From Azolla caroliniana (taxonomy: Eukaryota > Plantae > Polypodiophyta), in contig JBHGNT010000002.1 of the NCBI GenBank assembly GCA_043228905.1, positions 13,516,001 to 13,580,000 on the forward strand: a stretch of DNA of 64,000 bases. Reading direction: 5' to 3'. How positions within the stretch are numbered: the stretch's first letter is position 1; the number at the start of each line of letters is the position of its first letter. Below, piece after piece: positions 37,887 through 50,930 of this stretch. Made by a program: the position numbers and the translations under genes. Under the pieces are notes generated by a model. The model was given only the letters and a program-made list of their open reading frames with translations. It searched no databases and was not told the origin of the DNA.

Positions 37887-38135
37887 TATTTGGTGAACCC
37901 AACGTGAATAGGTGGCAGAGGAATAGAAAAGATGAGGGGAACGGAGCTTGCAGAAGCTGTGGCTTCAACTGTCGATCGATTAGTGAGTGTGTGTGAAGGC
38001 ACAGGCGCTCTCGATAGGGCTATTGAAGCAATCGTCGGCACGATAGGCCGGTTCGGTGGAAAGGACACCACGAGCTACTTGGAGGCCTACCGAGCCGAAA
38101 TGGTGATGAGGGACATTCTGGAAGACAGGCGACTG
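37237..38135 (+). mobile_element. 5' end of a Trp-family element: LTR, PBS (37891-37908), gag start
   Basis: TGGTGAACCCAACGTGAA; ORF 37932 MRGTELAEAVASTVDRL...GTIGRFGGKD is homologous to the gag at 18651. Confidence 0.9.
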
Positions 38136-39283
38136 GCTCCACGAAGAAGGGAGCAACAAGGAAGCTAGTATTACGGCGTTACGCGAAGCGGCACAAAAAA
38201 AACAAGAGTGGTATGACGAACAGCTCGAGAACGAGCGCCAACTCAAGCGTGATGTTGAAATTCGCCTCCACAAGGAAATGGGCTGACTAGAGGAGCTCCA
38301 TGAGAAGGAGTCAAAAATCTCAGGACAAATGAAGACACATTATGAAGAAGCAAAAGTGGCCTACAAGAGTAAAATTGAGAACCTCAAGAAGGCTCTAGAG
38401 GACTTACAAGCCCTCACGAACTGGAGCATGGACCGAATATGCACCTCCTCCAAACAAAGCATGACCGGTTCACGGCCCAATTACAAACAACGTTAGATAA
38501 AGGATGGGCGGCACAGGCAGCGGAACTTCATGCATACAGAGCGGCCCGGGGTCTTCACTATCAAAACTTGTATGATAGCACGTGAGTCCATCAAAAGGGG
38601 TTTAAATTAGCCATTGAGGTACAGATTGTATATATATAAGGGTATTAATAAGTATTTGAAATATATATTTACATAAGGGTATTATCAATTATGCTAGAAT
38701 TTTTTTTACATAAACCCATGAAATATTAGATATTTTAATGAGATAGTAAAGAATTATTATGCAAACAATACTTGAATTTGGAGTAGCATATATACATGTA
38801 TTCTTTCATACATACATACACATGCATGCATGCATATATACCTACATTCAAACATTACATCTATGAATATGTACATACATACATTACACCGATTTATACA
38901 TGCATACTGACTAAACATAAATATATGTACAAATATATATTACCATGTGTAAATGTTTACATACACATACATAAATGCATTGCATATTACATATATAAAT
39001 ACATGCATGCATACATACAATATAATCAGCCATGTGTGTGTGTCTATGTGTGTATACTACACATTCTTACAAACATTTTTTTTTTTTTCCAAAAAAAAAC
39101 TCCTTCCATTAGTTATAAAATTTTGCAAATGAGACGATTATGTACAAATCCCTAAAGGGAAGCGATAGTTCCATCTTATGTGGATGCCCACTAACTCAAG
39201 AAAGGGAGAGGACGACCATTGTTGGATTAAGGCTATTCGTTGTCTTTCAACTCCCTCGGAGCCGCCCTTAATACCATCATATT

Positions 39284-42200
39284 TGTAAAAAGAACAGCAT
39301 GCAAAAGCAATAGAAAACCGAAAACAGAAACGCAGGTTTAATGGAGAGCTTAGAATATACACAGTACACGGGAGAGACAGAGAGAACACACTAAGAATCA
39401 ATTCAAAAATAATACTCAATCTGTACATAGAATGTGCTCAATGAGCACTTTTATACAAGTCCATACGGACTGACAAAAGTATTGACACGTACTTCAATTC
39501 TCATAACTGAGCTCTACACTAACTCCCAAAATATATTCCTACGTGGAATATCTTTCCAACGGCCTCACGGTTTATGCACCACTACGGCTTCTCATTACGC
39601 ACCGGTTCGGCCTAACCGATCGGCCCCAACCGATCCGGTTCTCGTCTTGCACAGTCGATCCGCCCAATGTTGAGCTTGTATCTCAACACTCCCCCTCAAG
39701 CTCAACTTGAGGTTCCATCTACTCTTCTGGATCTGCACTCCGGTTCCTTCTAGCTTCACGCCTCGCTCGCGCTCCTCGACCTATTCGATTCTACGCGCCT
39801 CGACCCTTCCGGTCGGCTTGTCTGCTCACACGACCCTTCTCAGCTTCCTTGTTGTTGCCGTGTTGGCGCCTCTTCTGCTGCCTTCTCTTCCACTTGGCCC
39901 TTGGTTGATTCAGCGTATCCGAATCAACAACCCAAACCGACTCGGCTTCCTCCAATCGGTTTTCGCTCTCGTCCGAGTTGGCTGTCTCCAACTCTTCTTC
40001 GGTCTTCCCACCCTTGATGGCTTCGGCTCTTTCTTTCGACTGCTCCCCTTATGTCCGCTTTCGGAATCTTCCGTGGATCCACCCTCGGCTTCTTTAGTCA
40101 ATCCGAAATTGAATTCATCATCCGACTCGGCGTTGCAGTTTTCCGGAACCTCTCTCCCCCTTCCGTGGTCATTCGGGACATCTCTCCCCCTCAAGTTCGG
40201 CACGTCGAGGTGACGCAACCCAAGCGCATCCGAGAATTTCCGCAACTTGTCCAGACCAAGGGGCTTGGATAAGATGTCGGCAGTCTGCCGATCCGTCGAA
40301 ACATACTGAAGTTCGACTTCACCAGAGAGGACACGCTCACGGACAAAATGGTAGTACACCTCAATGTGCTTAGTCCAGGCGTGGAAGACGGGGTGCTTCG
40401 CTAGTTGGATGTTGCTGAGGTTGTCACAGTAGATTATCGTTGGATCGGGTACCTCCACTTGCAGAGCCTTAAGTAGCTGCTTCAACCATATGGCTTTGCA
40501 TGTCCCTATATCCACTCCTCTATACTCGGCTTCGGTGCTCGACAATGCAACTGTCGGCTGCTTCTTATTACTCCATGCAATCGTGGCACTCCCAAGAGAG
40601 AACGCGAAACCGGACGTGGATCGGCGATCGGTGACGTTGTCGGCCCAGTCGGCATTGGTGTAGCCCACCAACTGTGGGGTTGTACCGGTCCGATATAGGA
40701 GCGCCCGGTCCTTAGTGTTGCTTACGTACCGCAGTACGCGTTGCGCACACTGAAGGTGCTCCTCGGTAGCTCGTGCCATGAATTGGCTAATCACCCCAAC
40801 CGGGTAGCTGAGATCTGGTCGAGTGATGGTCAAGTATATAAGGCTTCCGACTATCTGTCGGAACCTCGTCGGGTCGCATACCTTTCCGGAATCAGGGCGA
40901 AGCTTGACGGTTTTATCCAGAGGAGTCAAGACGGACTTACAGTCGGCCATCCCGAATTTGAAGAGCATACTCAACACGTAATGTCGTTGGCTAATCAGTA
41001 TGCCTTCGGGGGTATGGATCACTTCGATCACGAGGAAGTAATGAAGGTCCCCCAGATCCTTCATGCCGAATGATGCCACAAGCTGGAGCTTCACGCGGTC
41101 AATCTCACCTAGGTCGGTGCCGGTGATGACCAAGTCATCAACATAAAGTAAAATGCTAACCGGCCCGAGTCGACCTTTCCGGATGAATAGTGAGGAGTCT
41201 GATTTTGATGTCACAAAGCCCATCCGACGCAATCATTGCATGATCTTCGCGTTCCAGGCATGTGGGGCTTTCTTTAGTCCGTAAAGGGACTTCTTCAATC
41301 AGCACACTGCCGAAGTGTTCGTTCCGAAGTGAAATCCGGGGGGTTGTACCATGTACACCTGTTCCTCAAGCTCACCTTACAGGAACACATTCTTTACATC
41401 CATCGAATGTAAGTGCCACCCCTTTGCCGCAACTACCGCAAGCAAAACACGGACGGTAGTCATCTTCACGACAGGCGCGAAGGTCTTGTCGTAGTCGATG
41501 TTGTGTTGTTGCGCGTAGCCTTTCGCTACTAACTGGGCCTTGTATCGGTTGACCGAGCCTTCGGTGTTGTACTTGACCTTGTACACCCACCTGTATTCGA
41601 TCGGCTTCACACCCTTCGGTACGTCAACCAGGTCCCAAGTTTCATTCTCTGCCCATGCGTGCATCTCTTCCTCCATTGCGGCTCACCAATTCGCGTCCTT
41701 CGCCGCTTCTGTGTAGCTCTCTGGCTCACGCACTTCCTCTACCCGGGTCATGTACGCATCGTGATGCGCCATGTAATCATTGTATCCAAACCGCACAACG
41801 GGGTTCTTTTGGTGGTTAGACCAGCGTAGTTGCTCATTAGCCGATGTTGAGGGTTTCTTAGCCGACGTGGACTTCGTTCTCGAAGGCCCGTCATCACTTC
41901 CCTCGGAGTCGGACTTGCGTTGATCTGACTCGTTCCTATCCGTGTCGTAATCCGACACCTTGTTCTTCCCTTTTTCCTTGCGTGTAAGCCGTCTTCTCAG
42001 CTCCCTACACGGGGAATGCAAGGCCAAGTCTCCAATTCGACTTTCTTCTTAAATATAGCTCGTGCGCCGACACTTTGTCTCTGATCCTATTCTGGATGTA
42101 CACCGCGGTTCGTACCGCCTCAACCCAATAGAACTTGGGTAAGCTCTTCTCCTCCAGCATTGCCCGTGCTGCTTCTACAATTGACCGGTTCTTCCTCTTG

Positions 42201-44612
42201 GCCACGCCGTTTTGCTCCGGTGTGTATCTACAACTGAATTCGCGCCGAATTCCCATCTGTTGCAGATAGCCGTTAAATTGACCGGAAAAGTACTCTTTTC
42301 CGCCATCCAACTGCAAGCACTTGATCTTTCGTCCTATTTCCGTTTCCACAAACCCTTTGAGGTCCCGGAAACAGTCGAAGACTTCACTCTTCTTCTCGAT
42401 GAGGTAGATCCACATGTGCCGCATATAGTCGTCGATGAAGGAGACAAAATATCGACTCCCGCCAAGACTAACATTCTGTGCCGGCCCCCATACATCAGAA
42501 TGTATCAAGTCAAGCTTGTTCCGGCTCCAGTTACGCTCGTTACGGAAAGGAAGTCGGTGTTGCTTCCTTAGCTGGCAGGCTTCACAAATTCGTGCCTTCC
42601 GGCCAATAAATTTGGGCAATCCGAACACCACCTGTTTCGATTGCAGGTCCTAAAGCCGTTGATAATTGACGTGGCCTATCCGCTTATGCCATAAGTCGAT
42701 ATCCAACTCGACTTTTTGTCCTTTCGCGAACATTGCGGTGCCACTGTCACTAGAGTCGAGGATAAACATCCTCCTGTCTCTACACCCTTGCGCAATAACT
42801 CGGCCTTCTTCCTCGATGAAGCAGCCGAGATGCGTGAACCGGACTTGCAGACCCTGGTCGACGATCTGCCCGACCGACACCAGATTCTTTGTGATTGTCG
42901 GGACGTGTAACACGTTCATGAGTTTCCCTTTCTGCCCGACATGGCTCAAGGGAACTTCTCCGACATTCGCGATTGGATGCGGAGTGTCGTCTCCGGTTGA
43001 AACTACTCCCGGTTGCATCGGTTTTTCCAAGTATGAGAACCACTCCTTGTGGCATGTCATGTGGTTTGATGCGCCGGAGTCAACGTACCACACCTCGTCT
43101 GATTTCGGGGTGATCTTCTTCATCAAGTTTGCTTTGTGTCTCGTCACGAAGACTGATCCTTTTCCAGATCCTTCGGCGTAGTGCGATCGCTGCCGATTTC
43201 CTTTATCGGTCTGTCCAGAACCTGATCCGGACCCGGTTCTCTCCGAATCGGTGTGCTTTTTCCAGCACTCGCTCTGCCTGTGGCCTTTCTTGCCACAATA
43301 CCAGCATTCCGTGGCAGATTTGCCTTGCCGGTTCTCCTCGCCTCGACTCTCCCTGTTTCCGGAGGGTCCGGAGTTGCTATCAGCATCACTTCAGTGCTTT
43401 CTTCCTTGATCCCGTCAGCCGCCTCCATTGCGCACCGACTCGCCTCGTCCGACACGACCACAGGGCCTATCTCCCTCCGTGTACATCATCTTGTTGTCAG
43501 CATGTGTGCTCGTCGACGCACCCGCGTGGTTCTCCTCTATAAGGAACATTGACTGTAGGTCAAAAAACGACGGCGTATTCTCTTGTGTACACACAGTAGT
43601 TTGGAATGCTTCGAACTTCGACGCCAATCCCCCGAGACTAATCTGCACCATCTCGCTTCCTCGACGTTCACATCGATACAGGCTAAGGAGTCGCATATCT
43701 CTTTGATCTTCGAGGTGTAATCAGCCACCGACAAGTCACATTGTCGTAGGTTGCTCAGCTTCTGTCGGAGTTGAAGCTTCCTGGCTATAGTGCTTGCGGC
43801 AAAAATCTTCTTCAGATTTCCCCAAGCATCTTTCGGCGTTTTTGCATCCCGAATGTAGCTTAGGAGCTGTTCGACCACACAAGACACGAAGCAGTATAGT
43901 ACTCTGCTCGCCGAATGTTCCCACACCGGGAAATCTCTGTGTGTCGAATCGGGTGCTGTGTCATTTGCTCCGTCAACATAGCTCCAATAACCGTGCCCGA
44001 GCAGGTACTGGTGCAACTTGTAGGACCAAGATGCGTAGTTGTTTCTGTCGAGCTTCTCCGTCAGAAGCGAGCTAGCCATACCTCTATCCATCGGTTTTAC
44101 CTATTCTTGGTTGGTTTTCTTTTCAAGTATGTCGGTTGCAGAGGTTCTCAACCCTCACGCTCTGATACTGTGTAAAAAGAATAGTGTGCGGAAGCAATAG
44201 AAAACCAAAAACAGAAACGCAGGTTTAATGGAGAGCTTAGAATATACACAGTACACGGGAGAGACAGAGAGAACACACTAAGAATCAATTCAAAAATAAT
44301 ACTCAATCTGTACATAGAATGTGCTTAGTGAGCACTTTTATACAAGTCCATACAGACTGACAAAAGGACTGACACGTACTTCAATGCTCATAACTGAACT
44401 CTACACTAACTCCCAAAATATATTCCTACATGGAATATCTTTCCAACGGCCTCGCGGTTTACACACTGCTACGGCTTCTCGTTACGCACCCGTTTGTGTA
44501 CCGGTTTACACACCCGTTTTACGCACCGGTCCGACCTAACCGATCGGCCCCAACCAATCCAGTTCTCGGCTTGCACAACCGATCCAGCCAATGTTGAGCT
44601 TGTATCTCAACA
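39284..44612 (-). mobile_element. Full-length, mildly degenerate Ty1/copia element, TSD ATATT
   Basis: LTRs 39284-39688 and 44171-44612; TSD at 39279-39283 and 44613-44617; empty site seen at about 45735; decayed Met-i PBS 44159-44170; PPT TTGAGGGGGAG 39689-39699. Confidence 0.96.
39910..44091 (-). pseudogene. copia gag-PR-INT-RT-RH polyprotein with stops/frameshifts
   Basis: KLDRNNYASW, WYVDSGASNHM, IHSDVWGP, TPEQNGVA, YVDDL, ALSSTEAEY in copia order. Confidence 0.95.
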
Positions 44613-45524
44613 ATATTGGCTCTTTAGAGTGGCTACAATTTCACTCCATATCTCTTGCAGTACCCTTGTTAGATGTGCGGTTTGGTTGGAGAAGACTCGC
44701 CTACATCGTTGTTTCCATAGAATCCAAAAAGTTATTGGGCTGACCAATTCCAACACCTCTTGAGATTGTCATTAAGAGGAGTGGAGTGGACATTGCCGTT
44801 GGAGGAGAAAAAGACCTCTTCTGCTTTTATCACCAAAGTCATCCCCTCCTGATGCTCGTATCTGCCAATGGTGGTCTACCATGATAGCCAACATATATTT
44901 CCCCACTTGATTGCGCCTTGCACCTGGCATAATTGCTTTTATAGAGTACACATTACACACATATATCATTATACACACAATTATATGCAATTGCATATAT
45001 GTATACATACATACCAAGCACAAAAAATATACATATATAAATAAATTACATATTATATATACATACACATACACATACAAATTAATACATAAGATTACAT
45101 ATTATATGTATTACAAATTTTCACACATACAAACAAGTTACATATATTATATTATATATATGTATGTATATATACATACACACACAGAGACACACACATG
45201 CACACACACACACATAAATAAATTAGATATTACATATCATATAATCCATACATATTAACAATAAACAAATTTACATAAACATACATACATACATTACATA
45301 TATACATATGTAGATATATTACATATGCACATACATATTCCACACATCACCATATATATGGATTATACGAAACCATGTAAACTTACACATACATATATAC
45401 ACACACATTAGATATATGTATACTTACACATACATCGGATATATACATGCATATTACATTAGATACATGTATACTTACACATACATCGGATATATACATC
45501 CATAGAATGAACCATATGTATCAT

Positions 45525-48500
45525 TTTTTATTTTATTTTTTTTCGAAAAAAAAACTCTTTCCATTAGTTATAAAATTTTACAAATGAGACGATTATGTAC
45601 AAATCCTTGAAGGGACGCGATAGTTCCATCTTATGTGGATGCCCACTGACTCAAGAAATGGAGAGGACGACCATTGTTGGATTAAGGCAATAATTGTCTT
45701 TCAACTCCCTCGGAGCCGCCCTTAAGGCCATCATATTGGCTCTTCAAAGTGGCAACAATTTCACTCCATATCTCTTGTAGTAACCTTGTTAGATGTGCGG
45801 TTTGGTTGGAGAAGACTCGCCTACATCGTTGTTTCCATAGAATCCAAAGAGTTATTGGGCTGACCAATTCCAACACCTCTTGAGATTTGTCATTAAGAGG
45901 AGTGGAGTAGACATAGCCATTGGAGGAGACAAAGACCTCTTGTGCTTTTATCACTAAATTCATCCCCTCCTCTTGAGGCTCTTATCTGCCAATTGCGGCC
46001 TGCCATGATAGCCAACATATATTTCCCCACTTGATTGAGCCTTGCACTTGGCATAATTGCAACAAGCGGCTAACCCCCCGCCATATTCAATGGGACGTTG
46101 GGCAGTCCCACAGAGCGTGTTGTATTGATTTTGTTGCATGTGGGCACTCTACACAATTAGGAGAGCTAAGGTTCCCACGTTGCCATGCTCCCACCGGTAG
46201 GGACTTATGTATTAATAGCCATTGGAACGTGGTAATTCGCCTCGCGTGTTGTTTCCAGATTTTCTGCCAAAACTTGGTGATTATTGTGGGAGGAACTTAA
46301 AATGTGTGCCAGACCTTCGCAGCAGCCGGCTCTCGGGCGGTTTGAGCAGCTAGAATGTGGCGACCCAATCTAGTTGTGAATTGGAAGAAAGGGATGGGTT
46401 TGCTTCCTTGCCCTGCGTAGGGATCACACCATGTCCATTTCAAAGGGTCCCAACTGACCTTACATAGCCATGTGTTTTCATGAGTACATATCTGCCAATC
46501 GGGTTGTACTTTGATCGGATCAAGATCTACAATCCATTTATGACCAGTATACGCGGGTACTCGAATTGCGTTATTCTATGTTGGTGTCTCAGTGTCTTGC
46601 AATTCAGAGCCTTCGAGTCTGTCTGGTGGTCCCCTACCTCTCGGGATCAGAGATCACTCCTCCTCGTGGCCTATCCATTTCTCCATTGTCTTCCTTTGAG
46701 TAGCAAATTCCCTAATCAGTAGTGTTAATGATTTCCGATCTCATAGTCCATCTACCCTTGATTCCATGGAGTATGTTCACCTGATCTTGTAGTGGCAGTG
46801 ACATAAACCGTCGCCAACATTCTATACTTTTTCCTGGACCTTCTGCAATGTATCCCCATGACAACCCCTTACGTGATCCCAGTAGTTGATTAGATTCATC
46901 CTTGATACATGGGTTCCATAGGATACGTTGATTGGGCCAGGAAGGTTCAGATCTCGGTTGGTCACACTTGAGCCCTCGACGAATGTCACACCATGCCTTC
47001 CACATGGATGCACTAAATCTATCCTCCAATTGGCGGGAGAAACTAGGTTTGAGATCCATGTTTAGAATCCATCCCGTTTGGGGGGCCCAATTGACCCCTT
47101 TTCATGGCCTAAAGTAAGCGAAACGTAACCTCAATAGTATTTTCCAACAGTCATTTCCTAGTTGGAGTCCTCGCACCACAAATTTGGCAAGTAAGGATTT
47201 GGATTGTGAAAGGGGATCAATAAGATCCAATCCCCCTCTCGACTTTGGCACTATGAGTATATGCCACGCCACCTTGGTGCGAGCTACCTGGTCTTCCTTA
47301 CGAGACCAAATGTAGTTACGGACCAGTCGTTGAATCTGATGTATACTTTCCTTGGAGATTGTCCAGCATGATAGACTGTACCATGTTGTTGCGAGTAGTA
47401 CCTGATTTGCCACTATGATGCGACCCGCTAGCGACAGTTTTTTCGAGCTACAATGTATCAACTTTTGTCGAATGGAATGGATAACAAGTGCAATCATAGT
47501 CTTTGGCGGTATGTTGAAACCAATTTGGAAACCCAAATATTTGGTGCTCGCTCTTTGATTGATCCATTTGAAAGTGGGATGTGGGTGTCACGCCGGATGT
47601 GTTTCCTGAGAGAGCCATATTGCGCAGGATTTGTGTCAATTGATCATGGCATTGGATCTCTTGCAAAATACAACTAGCCCACTTTCTAGCTTTTGGAGGT
47701 TTTCCAAGTCCCCTTGTAGGTAGACTGTTGTGTCATCTGCAAATTCTATATCCAAGATGCTTTGGTGAGAATGAGGTACGGGAAGACCACATAGGTTGAG
47801 ATGTTGTGAGTTGAGAAAGAAAGAGAGTGGTTCGACGTATAATAGGAATAAGGATGGAGCTAGTGGGCATCCCTGCCGTACAGATCGGGATATTCAGAAA
47901 AAGGGGGCCCTTTCACCTGCTAGTGAAACGCAATTGTTGCCATTCCTATAAAGTCCTGCAATGCCTTTGATCCATGTCTCTTGAAATCCGAGTTTCCCCA
48001 TCACACTTTCTAAAAAGTTCCAGCATACCCTGTCATATGCTTTCTCAAAATCTAGTAGCACCACTACTACCTTGTTGTTGGTATTCTTGGCAAGGGCTAC
48101 TGCTTCCTAGACTGAGAAGTGGCTGTCTAGGATGCTCCGATTTCTAACGAAACCTGTCTAGGACGGATGAATGAGTTGAGGGAGAAGCGGTGTTAAACGG
48201 CGTGCCACGATTTTTGTGAGTAACTTATAGACAGTATTGAGAAGAGTTATGGGTTGCCACTTGCTAATGTCGTTGGCATGCCCACCACTTTTAGGAATGA
48301 GATGTATCATCCCTTGTCCAAATTCCTCCGGCATGCTTCCAGAGGTGATGATCTCCTCATATGCCTGTAGGAGGTCTTCTTTAATAGTGTCCCAAAGGCA
48401 TGTGAAAAAGTGCGGGGTGAGGCCATCGATTCCGGGGCAACTATCGGCATCTAAATCAGTGAGGGCTTCCCATATCTCAATGATTGATAGGGGATGCACG

Positions 48501-50930
48501 AGCCATGTATTGATTTCCGGTGTGACTTTCTCGGGTATGCTTTGGAGGATAATCTTCTCTTATGTCTTCCCCTATAGCTATAACGTCTTTGGTAAGTAGG
48601 CGATTATAATAACTTGTGGCAATATTCCTCATTTCGTCGCCATCCTCAATGGTCGTTCCATCCTCTCGGTTGAGGCTGCGCATCACAGTTCTAGCGTGCC
48701 TCGGGCCTTTGGAGCAGAAGAATTCCTTCGTGGTTTTGTCCCCTACTCAAATCCATTGCGTCATGCTTCCATGAAACTCCATGTCATATATTTCCTTTTC
48801 CGCCATGCTAAGTTCATGTTTGGACGTGGCGACTTGTCCTGCAATCCAAATACATGACGGGTATCTTTGTTGGAGTCGTTGTAAGGCTATTAGTCCCCAT
48901 TTTGTCCTCTGTCTCTTCTCCTGAGCATCCTTGCTTCTGGTCTTGACAATCTCATGTACGAGAGTAGAAGCTCTTGTTAATTTAGCTAGAAGTTTGTAAG
49001 AGGCTAATGAGCCATTGACGGGTAATGACCATTGGTTGGATAGTTGGTCCTTCACGTCTATAAGTGTGTAGATAGTGTGTGGGATGCAAGTCTGGAATGG
49101 TTCCCATTTTCGGTGTAATTGAAAATGACCAGCTGCCGGGTAATGGTCAGAGAAAATCGTGTCTGGAGTTATGCGACACCACCCTCCCTTCGCTTCTAGA
49201 GCCTCCCCCACATAAATGCGGTCAATGCAAGATAGGGTGGGTCCACTATTCCGCCCGTCTGATCGGGAGAATAGGAGAGAATCCCTTTTTCGTTGGAAGT
49301 TGTCAGAATGCCAGATGTCTCGCAGGTTAAGGTGGACACATAGCTTCTCTCATTGTTTACGTTCCCTTCCTTGTAGAACTATGGGGTTGTTATTGGAGCT
49401 ATCGTGAATGGATTCGATCATATTAAAATCCCCTCCAATGCACCACTCTTCCGCACCTACTACTTGTAAGCGGATGTGGTCCCAGATTGTTGCCCTTTCT
49501 GTTCTGCGATTTGGAGCATAAACATTCATGAAGTTCCATCGTTGCCCTTGGATGGCCAACGTGCAAAAATGTGCCCTACCAGGTATAAATGATTCCTGGT
49601 GTATTAAGCCTTGGGCTAGATGTTCCCGAATCAAAGTGCAAATACCACCATGATTTCCATCCTCCCCAATTTCTGGCTCCCAAATCGTTCGCCATGATCC
49701 TGGTAGAAGGTCTCCAACTTCCTTTAACTGCGTGCTATCGAGGTGGTGTTCCTACAACATGATGATGTCAGCACCACTCCCTAGTAAATATTCTTCAAGA
49801 TCCCTTCTCAGTTTCCATCTGTTTTGCTGGTCTAGTCTATTATTGAGCCCTTGCACGTTCCATGTTATAATCTTCATACTCATGGAATGGGGTGGGAGAT
49901 TGCCAGTTGTTCCTGGTGCTTTGCACAACAGGTCGTGAGTGGGGAGCACTCACCATTTAGACATCCAGTCATTTCCAGGGAAAGAATAGTGGTCCACATC
50001 CATGAGTGGAGTTTGTGGGCTATCCTGTTGGCTTCTCATAGAAAAAGAAAAAGCTTGGAATTAGTTGGGCGTCTATGATAGTCCGCAGGTGGATGTGGCA
50101 AAGATGAGGTTCCTCTTCATCCATGGTGCACCAGAATTCAGTGTTATGCCAATGCTGCTTTCGTTCGTTCATGAGCTGTTCATCTCTTATTTTTGCTACA
50201 AAGCATGCTGCTTGGCTACATAACGCATCTTTAATCTTGGATTTCGACCAATCTTCCTATGTCGGAAGTAAGAGTGGAAAGGAGATTGAGGTCATCGGAA
50301 CTCCATTATTGTGTACCGCTGATACATGTACCCTTATTTTTTCCACTACCTTGACCCTTATACCTAGCCATTTAAAGGCGTTTTGCGGGTGTGGTTCAAG
50401 GTCTTGGCTAGAGGAAGCACACTCATTTGTGTCCGGGGAGACTATGATCTGAGGCGTGACATTCAAACTTCTGCCTTGGTTTGTGGCTTTTGTATTGGGT
50501 GTCATTCCACTCAAGCTCCGTATTAAGGTCTTAACATGACTTATTCTTCTTTGCTTCCCTGTTTTGTAAGCTTTAACGAGAACTTTCTCTTGTGTGCTTG
50601 GTGTCACCTTAGGCTGTTCCTTGGGGCTTAAGAAAGAACTAGGGGAATGCTCATGCGTGGGGGGGATCTCTTGTAGTAGATAAAATCGATTGGGGCTCAT
50701 AGGCGATGGAGGATTTTGTGCCGGTGAAGTTTTTCGAAGGACATGGGTTTTTTCCACCACTCGCCATTCTATCACAGCCTTGTCGGGTCATGGTGGGGGA
50801 GGCTTCTGATGTCTTATGGTGTCCTAACAGGCGGATAGAGGGAGGGCCTAGGTGCTTCTTTAGCCTGTCCGCTAGCGTTAGTTCCTCATCCAGCATCATA
50901 CCAACGGAGTTGCCAATAGTAGGAAGTAGA
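45525..50930 (-). mobile_element. L1-clade LINE, degenerate ORF2 (APE endonuclease-RT-zf) from ATG 49883, plus probable ORF1 remnant
   Basis: MKIITWNVQGLN, NVYAPN, GGDFN, SDHYP, PITLLNTVYK, LDFEKAYDRV, RQGCPLAP, FADDT; A-rich tail at 45525-45543. 5' boundary approximate. Confidence 0.92.

Larger units (their letters stand above)
39076..44930 (-). mobile_element. 5'-truncated L1-type LINE 3' end, split by a copia insertion
   Basis: 39076-39283 plus 44613-44930 match 45525-46060; the A-tail appears as a T-run at 39076. Confidence 0.88.

Noticed and set aside
38790-45500. Tyr/Ile/His-rich ORFs at 38796 and 44911
   Set aside because: Translations of TA/CA low-complexity tracts.
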